Shown piece after piece: positions 43,135 through 51,982 of a stretch of DNA of 64,000 nucleotides. The stretch is from assembly GCA_938015525.1 (NCBI GenBank), contig CALLPC010000025.1, forward strand, positions 28,340 to 92,339. Direction: 5' to 3'. The stretch comes from an uncultured Dehalococcoidia bacterium (GTDB lineage Bacteria; Chloroflexota; Dehalococcoidia; Tepidiformales; Tepidiformaceae). The position numbers and the translations under genes were made by a program. The notes below the pieces were generated by a model that was not told the DNA's origin, did not search any database, and saw nothing but the letters and a program-made list of their open reading frames with translations. Numbering within the stretch: the first letter of the stretch is position 1; each line of letters begins with the position of its first letter.

Positions 43135-44529
43135 GTGCCCCCCGCCTCCATCGCCTTCCACGGCGGCGCCGGCACCGTCACCGGTTCACGCTTCCTCATT
43201 ACCGCCGGGAATGACGCCGTCCTCGTCGATTGCGGCCTCTTCCAGGGCCTCAAGGAACTCCGGCTCCAGAACTGGCAGGGCCCCGGCTTCCACCCCCAGG
43301 CCCCCCGCGCCGTCCTCCTCACCCACGCCCACATCGACCACACTGGCTACCTCCCCCGTCTCGTCCGCCTCGGCTACCGCGGCCCCATCTACGCTACCCC
43401 CGCCACCGCCGAGATGACCCGCATCCTCCTCATCGACGCCGCCGAGATCCAGGAAGAAGACGCCGCCTTCGCCAACCGGAAAGGCTTCAGCAAGCACCAC
43501 CCCGCCCTTCCCCTCTATACCGTCAACGATGCCCTGCGCGCGCTCGAATTCCTCCGCAGCCGGCCCTACGGCGAACGCTTCGAGGCCGGCACCTTCCGCG
43601 TCACCTTCCGCAACGCCGGCCACATCCTCGGCTCCGCATTCATCCAGCTCGAAGTGCCCCTCTCCGAGGACCGCGCCCACTACATCGTGTTCAGCGGCGA
43701 CCTCGGCCGCTACCACCAGCCACTCCACACCGACCCCGTCCCACTGCCCGCCTGCGACACCCTCGTCCTCGAATCGACCTACGGCGACCGCGCCCACAGC
43801 CGCGAACCGGTCGTCAGCCAGCTCCGCGCCGAGCTCCTCCCTGCCCTCGAGCGCGGCGGCACCGTCCTCATCCCTGCGTTCGCCGTCGCCCGCGCCCAGC
43901 TCATCACCCACCACCTCCGCGTTGCCATCGAAACCGGCCGCTTCCCCGACGTCCCCATCCATATCGACTCCCCGATGGCCAACGACGTCACCGGCCTCTA
44001 CTCCCGCTACCTCGAAAGCGAATACCTGGACCGCGCCATCCCCCACACCGCCCCGGGCGCCCTCTTCCCCCGCAACGTCCGCTTCCACCGCACCATCGAA
44101 GACTCCAAAAAGCTCAACGCCCTCCCCGGGCCCCGCATCATCATCGCCGCCAGCGGCATGCTCACCGGCGGCCGCGTCCTCCACCATCTCCAGCGCCTCG
44201 CGCCCGACCCCCGCAACCTCATCTGCCTCGTCGGCTACCAGGCCGCCGGCACCCGCGGCCGCGCCCTCCTCGAAGGCGCCCCCACCGTCCGCGTCTTCGG
44301 CATCGACGTTGAAGTCCGCGCACGCGTCACCTGCCTCCACGGCCTTTCTGCCCACGCCGACCGCGACGAACTCCTCCGCTGGGTCGCATCCGCCCCCGAA
44401 CCGCCGAAGCGCATCTTCCTCGTCCACGGCGAACCGACCGCTGCCGAGGCCCTCGCCAACGCCCTCCGCGCCCGCCTCCCCTCCGAGGTCCGCATCCCGG
44501 CAATCAGGGAGACCTTCCCGCTCGAATGA
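43135..44529 (+). CDS. MBL-fold beta-CASP family RNA-metabolising nuclease
   Basis: LLTHAHIDHTGYLP, LESTYGDR and a C-terminal HGEP-type RMMBL region. The start was set at the GTG at 43135, 3 nt after the upstream stop. Confidence 0.8.
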   Translation: MPPASIAFHGGAGTVTGSRFLITAGNDAVLVDCGLFQGLKELRLQNWQGPGFHPQAPRAVLLTHAHIDHTGYLPRLVRLGYRGPIYATPATAEMTRILLIDAAEIQEEDAAFANRKGFSKHHPALPLYTVNDALRALEFLRSRPYGERFEAGTFRVTFRNAGHILGSAFIQLEVPLSEDRAHYIVFSGDLGRYHQPLHTDPVPLPACDTLVLESTYGDRAHSREPVVSQLRAELLPALERGGTVLIPAFAVARAQLITHHLRVAIETGRFPDVPIHIDSPMANDVTGLYSRYLESEYLDRAIPHTAPGALFPRNVRFHRTIEDSKKLNALPGPRIIIAASGMLTGGRVLHHLQRLAPDPRNLICLVGYQAAGTRGRALLEGAPTVRVFGIDVEVRARVTCLHGLSAHADRDELLRWVASAPEPPKRIFLVHGEPTAAEALANALRARLPSEVRIPAIRETFPLE

Positions 44530-44532
44530 CCC

Positions 44533-45102
44533 TCACCGCTCCCGGAAGTTCAGGTAATACCTGCTCGGCGTCGGCCCCTCCTGCCCCTGGTACTTGCTCC
44601 CCGCCTCCTTCGACCCGTACGGGTGCTCAGCCGGCTCCGTCAGCCGCAAAAACGAAATCTGCGACACCTTCATCCCCGGGTACAGCGCGATCGGCAGGTT
44701 CGCGACGTTCGAAAGCTCCAGCGTCAGCGCACCGTTCCACCCCGGGTCCACGTACCCCGCCGTCGAGTGCACCAGCAGCCCCAGCCGCCCCAGCGATGAC
44801 TTCCCCTCCAGCCGCCCCACGATGAAATCCGGCAGCCGCACCCGCTCCAGCGTCACAGCCAGCGCGAACTCCCCCGGGTGGAGGATGAACGGCTGCTCCT
44901 CCGTCGCCTCCACCAGCTCCGTGAGGTCCGGGTACTCCTGCCGCACGTCGATGAACGGCACTCGCGAATTCCGGAACACCCGGAACAGCCGCCCCAGCCG
45001 CAGGTCCACGCTCGCCGGCTGGATCGCATCCGCCGCCAGCGGCTCAATCTCGATATTCCCCGCCTCCAGCTCCCGTCGAATCGTTCGGTCGCTCAGGACC
45101 AT
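44533..45102 (-). CDS. dcd: dCTP deaminase
   Basis: [21 protein letters not shown]...[11 protein letters not shown] is the canonical Dcd N-terminus. The ORF was trimmed to the ATG at 45102. Confidence 0.9.
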   Translation of the reverse strand: MVLSDRTIRRELEAGNIEIEPLAADAIQPASVDLRLGRLFRVFRNSRVPFIDVRQEYPDLTELVEATEEQPFILHPGEFALAVTLERVRLPDFIVGRLEGKSSLGRLGLLVHSTAGYVDPGWNGALTLELSNVANLPIALYPGMKVSQISFLRLTEPAEHPYGSKEAGSKYQGQEGPTPSRYYLNFRER

Positions 45103-45230
45103 CGGCCTGCACCCCGGCTGGATTTCGCCCAAGTCTAGGCCCGTCCCGCCTTCCGTTCCTCCCGCATCTCCCGCTGACCGGCCGCGACCAGCACGCTACA
45201 GTGCGCCTAACCAGCCACGGAACCCGCGCC

Positions 45231-46847
45231 ATGCACCCGTTCGCCCACCCGCTCCCCCGTCTCGAATCCCGCATCGACCCCGCTTCCCAGGCCTTCCGCG
45301 CCAACGCCGCCCACAATCTCTCCCTCGCCCGTGACCTCCGCGCCCGTCTCGACCGCGTCGCCAACCCCACTGACCCCGCCGCCGTCGAGCGCCACCGCAG
45401 CCGCGGCAAACTCCTCGCCCGGGAACGCATCCAGCTCCTCATCGACCCCGCCACCACCTTCCTCGAACTCAGCCCCCTCGCTGCCGACGGCGTCTACGAC
45501 GATGACGTGCCCGCCGCCGGTATCATCACCGGCATCGGCCTCGTCGCCGGCCGGCCCTGCGTCATCATCGCCAACGATGCCACCGTCAAGGGCGGCACCT
45601 ACTACCCCCTCACCGTCAAAAAACACCTCCGCGCCCAGGAAATCGCCGAGGAGAACCGCCTCCCCTGCATCTACCTCGTCGATTCCGGCGGCGCCTTCCT
45701 CCCCCTCCAACACGACGTCTTCCCCGATAAGCACCACTTCGGCCGCATCTTCTACAACCAGGCCCGCATGAGCGCCCTCGGCATCCCCCAGCTCGCAGCC
45801 GTCATGGGCTCCTGCACCGCCGGCGGCGCCTACGTCCCCGCCATGAGCGACGAAACCGTCATCGTCCGCGGTACCGGCACCATCTTCCTCGGCGGCCCCC
45901 CGCTCGTCCGCGCCGCCACCGGCGAAATCACGACCCCCGAAGAGCTCGGCGGTGCCGACGTCCACACCCGCACCTCCGGCGTCGCCGACCACCTCGCCGA
46001 GGACGACTTCCACGCCCTCCGTATCCTCCGCGATATCGTCGCCACCCTCCCGGCCCCGTCTCCGCCCCCCTGGCCCGTCGCCGAAGCGGAGCCGCCCGCC
46101 TATCCGCCCGACGACCTCCTCGGCATCCTCCCGACCGACCTCCGCCATGCCTTCGACGTCCGCGAAGTCATCGCCCGCATCGTCGACGGCTCCCGCTTCC
46201 ACGAATTCAAGGCCCGCTACGGCACGACCCTCGTCTGCGGCTTCGCCCGCATCGAAGGCCACCCCGTCGGCATCATCGCCAACAACGGCATCCTCTTCTC
46301 CGAATCCGCCCTCAAAGGAGCCCACTTCATCGAGCTCTGCACCGCTCGCGGTGTCCCGCTCGTCTTCCTCCAGAACATCACCGGCTTCATGGTCGGCCGC
46401 CAGTACGAAAACGCCGGCATCGCTAAGGATGGCGCAAAGATGGTCACCGCCGTCGCCTGTGCCGATGTCCCGAAATTCACCGTCATCATCGGCGGCAGCT
46501 TCGGTGCCGGGAACTACGCGATGTGCGGCCGCGCTTACGGCCCCCGCCAGCTCTGGATGTGGCCCTCGGCCCGCATCTCCGTCATGGGCGGCGAACAGGC
46601 CGCCTCCGTCCTCCTCCAGGTCCGCCTCGACCGCGGCGATACCCTCTCCCCCGCAGAGCAGGAGGCCTTCAAAGCGCCTATCATCGCCCGCTACGAGGCC
46701 GAAGGCTCCCCCTACTTCTCCACCGCCCGCCTGTGGGACGACGGCGTCATCGACCCCCGCGACACCCGCCGGGTCCTCGCCATCGGCCTCCAGGCTGCCG
46801 CCTGCGCGCCCCTCCGGCCCACCCGGTTCGGGACCTTCCGCATGTAG
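45231..46847 (+). CDS. acyl-CoA carboxylase carboxyltransferase (beta) subunit, methylcrotonyl-/propionyl-CoA carboxylase type
   Basis: Two crotonase-like carboxyltransferase halves ([14 protein letters not shown]..., [22 protein letters not shown]). 538 aa from the ATG at 45231. Confidence 0.9.
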   Translation: MHPFAHPLPRLESRIDPASQAFRANAAHNLSLARDLRARLDRVANPTDPAAVERHRSRGKLLARERIQLLIDPATTFLELSPLAADGVYDDDVPAAGIITGIGLVAGRPCVIIANDATVKGGTYYPLTVKKHLRAQEIAEENRLPCIYLVDSGGAFLPLQHDVFPDKHHFGRIFYNQARMSALGIPQLAAVMGSCTAGGAYVPAMSDETVIVRGTGTIFLGGPPLVRAATGEITTPEELGGADVHTRTSGVADHLAEDDFHALRILRDIVATLPAPSPPPWPVAEAEPPAYPPDDLLGILPTDLRHAFDVREVIARIVDGSRFHEFKARYGTTLVCGFARIEGHPVGIIANNGILFSESALKGAHFIELCTARGVPLVFLQNITGFMVGRQYENAGIAKDGAKMVTAVACADVPKFTVIIGGSFGAGNYAMCGRAYGPRQLWMWPSARISVMGGEQAASVLLQVRLDRGDTLSPAEQEAFKAPIIARYEAEGSPYFSTARLWDDGVIDPRDTRRVLAIGLQAAACAPLRPTRFGTFRM

Positions 46848-46875
46848 CCGCACGCGCGTCGCGGCGTTCACGAAG

Positions 46876-46904
46876 ACATTTCCCCCGACCGCCGGGAACA
46901 TTTC
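46876..46904 (+). promoter_or_regulatory. direct repeat ACATTTC x2, 22 bp apart, upstream of gene 46958
   Basis: ACATTTC at 46876-46882 and 46898-46904, read from the sequence in a 110-nt intergenic region. Confidence 0.2.
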
Positions 46905-46957
46905 ATCCCCTCTCGTCGTTCTCTGCTTTCGAGGAGATCACCCCCGCAGGAGGTACC

Positions 46958-48568
46958 ATGCCGTCCAACCCGCCCGTCCGCCTCTCCGGCCCCCTCGGCT
47001 GGATGCTTGCAGCAGCTCTCGCAGCCCTATGTTTCGCGGCCGGCCTCCTCACTGCCCGCGCCTTCTGGACCGAATCGGACGCCCCGGCGAGCTCCCAGTC
47101 CCCGGGGGGCCCGGCCGCCAGCTCACCCCCGTCGGTCGGCGGCGCCACCCGTCCCGGCCTCGGACGCCCCGGCATGCCCACCCCCGCCGGCTTCGGCGGT
47201 GGCACTGCACCCGGCTCCGAGGACACGGCCAAGCCGGGGTATGGGTACCCCTACCCCTACCAGTGCCAGGCCCCCCTGCCCGTCGACACCCTCGGCCCTG
47301 CCAGCATCGACCTCCAGGCCGCCGGCATCCAGCCCCGTACCCCGCGCACCGGGTTCGACCTCCTCAGTGTCGGTCTCTCGACCACCGTCGACTGTGACGA
47401 AAGCGGCCGGCCCATCGGCCCCGTCCGCCCCGTCCTCACCTCCTCCTGGCGCCATTCCGCTACCGGCCTCGACCTCTTCCTCACCCAGTACCCGACCGAC
47501 GAACCCGTCCCACCCTTCCTCCGCCAGGACAGTGCCGACTTCGCGGCCCTCGGCTACCGGTTCAGCATCTACGTCAACGGATACTCCGCCCGCCCGCTCG
47601 ACGCCGGGATGCCGTACCCGGGCGGCCCCGACCCCCGTGCCGCGGAGGTCCTCCGCGAAGCCATTCGCCAGGTCGTGCCCGGTTTCGACCAGAAGTGCTT
47701 CTGGGTCGCGGCCGAGGGCTCCTGGGCCGACCTCGCCGCCGTCGGCGTCGGCGACCCCCGCCCGGCCATCCCCCCGGGCATGACGCCCGGCGAAATCCAC
47801 ATCACCGCCTTCCGCGAACCCGCACCCGGCTGCGATACCTCCGTCCGCCCCGTCGAAGGCTTCGGCTTCTACGCCTCCTGGTTCTCCCCCCGCGGCGAAA
47901 CCCTCGGCATCTCCGTCACCGGTCTCCCGCCCGGTACCCCCTCTGAAGTCCCCGGTTACGTTGACCAGTTCGGCGCAAACTGGTCATCCGGCAGCCTCAT
48001 GTTCTCCGTCTGGTACAGCAGCCCAGATGGCTCCGGCAAACCCGACCTCGTCCGGGCGGTCGCCCGCGCCCTCGACCCCGGCTACGACCCCCGCTGCTTC
48101 ATCCAGCAGCGCACCCTCACAGAAGCCGAGCTTGCCCGTCTCGGCCTCCGCGCCCCCGCACCTCCCGCCGGGTACACCGTCGCCAGGGCCAGCCTCCTCG
48201 TCAGCGACATCCCGGCGGGCTGCCCCCGCCCCGCCGGCTTCACCGCCAGCTATACCCTCTTCTGGACGCTCGAAAGAGGCGCTGACGTCATCGACGTTTC
48301 TGTCTATCCCTCGCCGGGCTCCACTGCCGGCGGCCAGTTCTCCGGCTGGATCGGCGACAACACCATCAGCTGGACCCGCCCCGATGGCACCAGCTTCAAC
48401 GTTAGCGGCTACTCCAAAGGCATCAACCCGGTCGTCCCCCGCGACGACCTCGTCGCCGTGGCGAAAAGCCTCGACCCCACCCTCGACATCGAAAAGCTCG
48501 AAAAGCAGCCCGGCGCAGGCGCAGTCCCGCCCCGCCCCGCCCCCGACGCCCCCCAAAAGCCGAACTGA
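46958..48568 (+). CDS. membrane-anchored hypothetical protein with three internal ~130-aa repeats
   Basis: SD AGGAGG lies 4 nt upstream. N-terminal TM (WMLAAALAALCFAAGLL), then a Pro/Gly-rich linker. Each of the three modules has a Cys-containing strand and ends in a helix: AAEVLREAIRQVVPGFD, PDLVRAVARALDPGYD and DDLVAVAKSLDPTLD. Confidence 0.7.
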   Translation: MPSNPPVRLSGPLGWMLAAALAALCFAAGLLTARAFWTESDAPASSQSPGGPAASSPPSVGGATRPGLGRPGMPTPAGFGGGTAPGSEDTAKPGYGYPYPYQCQAPLPVDTLGPASIDLQAAGIQPRTPRTGFDLLSVGLSTTVDCDESGRPIGPVRPVLTSSWRHSATGLDLFLTQYPTDEPVPPFLRQDSADFAALGYRFSIYVNGYSARPLDAGMPYPGGPDPRAAEVLREAIRQVVPGFDQKCFWVAAEGSWADLAAVGVGDPRPAIPPGMTPGEIHITAFREPAPGCDTSVRPVEGFGFYASWFSPRGETLGISVTGLPPGTPSEVPGYVDQFGANWSSGSLMFSVWYSSPDGSGKPDLVRAVARALDPGYDPRCFIQQRTLTEAELARLGLRAPAPPAGYTVARASLLVSDIPAGCPRPAGFTASYTLFWTLERGADVIDVSVYPSPGSTAGGQFSGWIGDNTISWTRPDGTSFNVSGYSKGINPVVPRDDLVAVAKSLDPTLDIEKLEKQPGAGAVPPRPAPDAPQKPN

Positions 48569-48594
48569 CGGGGCGCCTCGCCCGCCCCGCAACA

Positions 48595-48620
48595 GGGGGA
48601 GCCGCCGCTGCGGCTCCCCC
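48595..48620. terminator. perfect 11-bp-stem hairpin between convergent genes (candidate bidirectional terminator, no U-tract)
   Basis: GGGGGAGCCGC (48595-48605), loop cgct, GCGGCTCCCCC (48610-48620). The two arms are exact reverse complements. Confidence 0.45.
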
Positions 48621-48658
48621 CTCCCCGTCACTCGCCGCGCGGTTCGGTACGCCGGCCC

Positions 48659-50539
48659 TCAGCCGTCGCGCAGCTCCAGCCGTACCAGCACCTGCCCCGC
48701 CGCCACCGTTGCCCCTGCCTCCACGCACACCTCTGCCACGACCCCGGCCGCATCAGCCCGCACCGGGTGCTCCATCTTCATCGCGTGCACCACGCACAGC
48801 ACATCCCCGCGCTCCACCGTCTGCCCCGCAGTCACCGGCACCGCGGCGACGGTCCCGGCCAGCGGGGCGACCGCCGCAGCGGCGCCGACGTCGTCCGCCG
48901 CCGCCCGCCGGTGCGGTGCCGGCGGCAGCGCCGGCCTGAAAGTCCAGCAGCGCCCCCCATCATCCGTCACCACCAGCCTCCCCGCCTCCGTCCGCACCCG
49001 GAACCCCCCGACCGGTCCATCGCACGCCAGCGCGTCTCCCGTCCTCCACCCGTCGTCCAGCCAGAGCGCCGCCTTCCCCGCCCCGACCCAGCCCGGCCCG
49101 GCGAACGCCCCCGCGCCCGCCGCCAGGCTCCCCGCCGCCCGCGCCGCCGCCGCCCAGGCGCCCGCCGGCGCCCCCGCCCGCTCGAGCAGCGCCGGCAGCC
49201 GCGCTTCCAGCCAGCCGGTGTGGACCTCGCCCTTCACGAACTCCGGGTCGTCGGCCAGCACCTGCACCAGCGGCGCAGTCGTGCGCGGCTCCTCCACCAG
49301 CCCCGGCGGCACTCGCCGCGCCGCCGCCAGCGCCTCCTCCCGAGTCGCCGCCCAAACGACCACCTTCGCTACCAGCGAATCGTAGAACCCCGGCACCCGG
49401 TCGCCGTCCCCGTACCCCGCATCCACCCGCCACCCCGCCCCCCACGCCCCCGGCCACCACCGCACCTCCCCGCCCGTCGGCCGGAACCCCTCCCGCGGGT
49501 CCTCCGCGTTCACCCGGAACTCCATCGCATGCCCCGTCATCCGCACCTTCTCCTGCCCGAACGGCAGCTGCTCCCCGGCCGCGACCCGCACCTGCAGCTC
49601 CACGAGGTCCAGCCCCGTCACCAGCTCCGTCACCGGGTGCTCCACCTGCAGCCGCGGGTTTACCTCCAGGAAGTACCACGGCCGCCGCCCGTCCGGCCCC
49701 CGCTCCCCCACCAGGAACTCCACCGTCCCCGCGTTCACGTACCCCGCCGCCTGCACCAGCCGAACCGCCGCGCCCGTCAGCTCCGCCCGCAGCACCCCGT
49801 CGATTGTTATGCTCGGCGCTTCCTCCACCACCTTCTGACGCCGGCGCTGCACCGAACACTCCCGCTCCCCGAGGTGCACCGCGTTCCCGTGGACGTCCGC
49901 CACCACCTGCACCTCGATGTGCCGCGCCCGTTCCACCACCCGCTCCAGCAGCAGCCCCCCATCCCCGAACGCCGCCTCCGCTTCCCGCCGCGCCTCCGGG
50001 ATGAGCGAAGCCAGCTCCTCCCGGGACCGCGCCAGCCGCATCCCCCTCCCCCCGCCCCCGGCTCGCGCCTTCACCAGCAGCGGAAACCCGACCCCATCTG
50101 CCGCCTCCAGCAGCTCCCTATCTTCGTCTGGCCCGTCGTAGCCGGGCACGACCGGGATACCCAGGCTCGCCGCGAACCGCCGCGCCTGCCCCTTCTCCCC
50201 GAGCAGCTCCATCGCCCCCGGCGGCGGCCCGATGAACACCCGGCCCGCCGCTTCGCAGGCGCGCGCGAACTCCGCCGATTCCGCAAGGAACCCGTACCCC
50301 GGGTGCACCGCCTCGCACCCGTATGCCCGGGCAGCCGCCACCAGCTGCCCCGCGTCGAGGTAGCTCTCCGCCGCACTCGACCCCCGCAGCAGCGCCACCC
50401 CGTCCGCCTCCCGCGCCGCCAGCGATAACCGGTCCGCCGGCGAAACCGCAACCACCGCCCGCACCCCCAGCCGCCGCAGCGTCCGGGTGACCCGCACCGC
50501 GACCTCCCCCCGGTTCGCCACCAGTACCGCTGCGAACAT
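48659..50539 (-). CDS. acyl-CoA carboxylase alpha subunit (biotin carboxylase + biotin carboxyl carrier domain)
   Basis: MFAAVLVANRGEVAVRV N-terminus, an ATP-grasp core and a C-terminal biotinylation motif VVHAMKMEHPV. Confidence 0.9.
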   Translation of the reverse strand: MFAAVLVANRGEVAVRVTRTLRRLGVRAVVAVSPADRLSLAAREADGVALLRGSSAAESYLDAGQLVAAARAYGCEAVHPGYGFLAESAEFARACEAAGRVFIGPPPGAMELLGEKGQARRFAASLGIPVVPGYDGPDEDRELLEAADGVGFPLLVKARAGGGGRGMRLARSREELASLIPEARREAEAAFGDGGLLLERVVERARHIEVQVVADVHGNAVHLGERECSVQRRRQKVVEEAPSITIDGVLRAELTGAAVRLVQAAGYVNAGTVEFLVGERGPDGRRPWYFLEVNPRLQVEHPVTELVTGLDLVELQVRVAAGEQLPFGQEKVRMTGHAMEFRVNAEDPREGFRPTGGEVRWWPGAWGAGWRVDAGYGDGDRVPGFYDSLVAKVVVWAATREEALAAARRVPPGLVEEPRTTAPLVQVLADDPEFVKGEVHTGWLEARLPALLERAGAPAGAWAAAARAAGSLAAGAGAFAGPGWVGAGKAALWLDDGWRTGDALACDGPVGGFRVRTEAGRLVVTDDGGRCWTFRPALPPAPHRRAAADDVGAAAAVAPLAGTVAAVPVTAGQTVERGDVLCVVHAMKMEHPVRADAAGVVAEVCVEAGATVAAGQVLVRLELRDG

Positions 50540-50569
50540 CGCCCGGCATTCAACCACACCGGGCCATGC

Positions 50570-50794
50570 TCAGGCGAGCCGCCCGTTTACCAGTCGCACC
50601 ACCTCGCCCCGGCGCGCACCGCACCACCGGCACGAACCGTCCATCTCCGGGTCCGGGTGCCGCACCTCCACCTCCACCGTCCCCGCCGCGTCCCCCAGCT
50701 GCTCAGCCACCCAGCCCGGGAGCTCCCAGGCCACGAACTCCCGCGGCGGCCGGCAGAGGAACACCAGCCGTCGCACCGCCTGGTCCCCGCTCAC
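50570..50794 (-). CDS. small hypothetical protein (74 aa), translationally coupled to the upstream dehydrogenase gene
   Basis: Its GTG at 50794 overlaps the ADH stop (GTGA). The composition is non-low-complexity and it has a CRWCG motif near the C-terminus. No family is recognised. Confidence 0.4.
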   Translation of the reverse strand: MSGDQAVRRLVFLCRPPREFVAWELPGWVAEQLGDAAGTVEVEVRHPDPEMDGSCRWCGARRGEVVRLVNGRLA

Positions 50795-51825
50795 GGCCGC
50801 AGCGCAATCTTCAGCACGCCGCCCTCCCGCTTCCGGAACAGCTCGTACCCCGCCGGCGTCTCACTCAGCTTCAGCGAGTGCGTCAGCAGCGGCCGCAGGT
50901 CCACCTTCCCGCCCTGGATGAGCGCCATCAGCCGCTCCATCCGCGCCGTCCCCACCGGGCAGAGCGTCGTCACCACCTTCCGGTGCATGAACGAACCGCT
51001 CGTCGGCAGCCGCAGCTCGCTGTACCCGCCATACACCCCGACGGAGCTCACCGTCCCCCCATTCCGGACCACCGCACACGCGTTCTGGAACGTGACTTCC
51101 TGCCCGAGCGCCTCCACCGCCACGTCCACCCCGCGGTTCCCCGTCAGCCGCATCACCTCCGCCACCGCGTTCCCCGGTTCCACCACCACGTCCGCCCCCA
51201 GCCGCTTCGCCATCGCCGCCCGCTCCGGGACCCCCTCCACCGCGATGATGAGCCCGGCCCCATACGCCCGTGCCCCCGCCGTCGCACACAGCCCCACCGG
51301 GCCCTGGGCGAAAATCGCCACCGTATCCCCCGGCTTCAGCTCTGCCCGCTCGATCGCCGCGAACCCCGTCGACATGATGTCCGTCACGAACAGCACCTGG
51401 TCGTCGTCCAGCGCCTCCGGCACCTTCGCCATCGACGTCTGCGCCCCGTTTACCAGGAAAAACTCGCCCTGCGCCCCGAACAGCAGGTTTGCCGGCGCGT
51501 TGAACGTCTCGCACACCTGCTGCTCCCCCTCCATGCAGCGCCGGCACGTCCCGCAGCAGAGGAGGCAGCTCACCACGACCCGGTCCCCGGGACGAAACGC
51601 CGTCACCCCGGCGCCCACCGCCTCCACCGTCCCTACCGCCTCGTGCCCCATCGGCACCCCCGCCGGCACCGGCAGGTGGTCCACGACGTGGATGTCGCTC
51701 CCGCAAATCGTCGAAAGCCGCGTCCGGACCAGCGCCTGCCCCGGCCCCGGCTCGTCCGGGTACGGAATCTGCGCCATCCCCACCTTCCCCTCGCCCACCT
51801 TCACACACGTGTTCGAAACCGGCAT
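50791..51825 (-). CDS. zinc-dependent alcohol dehydrogenase (MDR family)
   Basis: CGSDIHVV, GHEAVGTVEAVG and Cys-rich structural Zn loop CLLCCGTCRRC. The ATG at 51825 has SD GGAGGAG upstream. Confidence 0.85.
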   Translation of the reverse strand: MPVSNTCVKVGEGKVGMAQIPYPDEPGPGQALVRTRLSTICGSDIHVVDHLPVPAGVPMGHEAVGTVEAVGAGVTAFRPGDRVVVSCLLCCGTCRRCMEGEQQVCETFNAPANLLFGAQGEFFLVNGAQTSMAKVPEALDDDQVLFVTDIMSTGFAAIERAELKPGDTVAIFAQGPVGLCATAGARAYGAGLIIAVEGVPERAAMAKRLGADVVVEPGNAVAEVMRLTGNRGVDVAVEALGQEVTFQNACAVVRNGGTVSSVGVYGGYSELRLPTSGSFMHRKVVTTLCPVGTARMERLMALIQGGKVDLRPLLTHSLKLSETPAGYELFRKREGGVLKIALRP

Positions 51826-51909
51826 CGTCTGCTCCTCCTTCGCCGCCGGACAATCACCCGGCAACCGCCCCCGATCCTACTGCCTCGACGCGGTCACGAC
51901 CTCCTTTCC

Positions 51910-51943
51910 CTTCACCTTTCTGTTCACCACCCGTTCATCATCA
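51910..51943 (+). promoter_or_regulatory. three phased direct repeats (CTTCACC / GTTCACC / GTTCATC; 12- and 11-nt spacing), PHO-box-like response-regulator site
   Basis: Units start at 51910, 51922 and 51933. They lie ~40-70 nt upstream of the GTG start of the ABC substrate-binding protein gene. Confidence 0.4.
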
Positions 51944-51982
51944 CGCCCGACCCTCGCATACAGGTCAACCCGGGAGGTCCCC

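Noticed and set aside
50657-51982. 5' over-extensions of ORF-track entries, for example 50657-53611, 42430-44529, 27227-29038, 26691-27761, 28285-29424, 55441-56748, 58332-59477, 57034-58224, 46523-48568 and 9990-11471.
   Set aside because: The extended N-terminal parts are low-complexity and overlap neighbouring genes. Internal starts coincide with family-typical N-termini, SD sequences, ATGA/GTGA junctions or the TAnnnT hexamer, so the genes were trimmed rather than reported at full ORF length.
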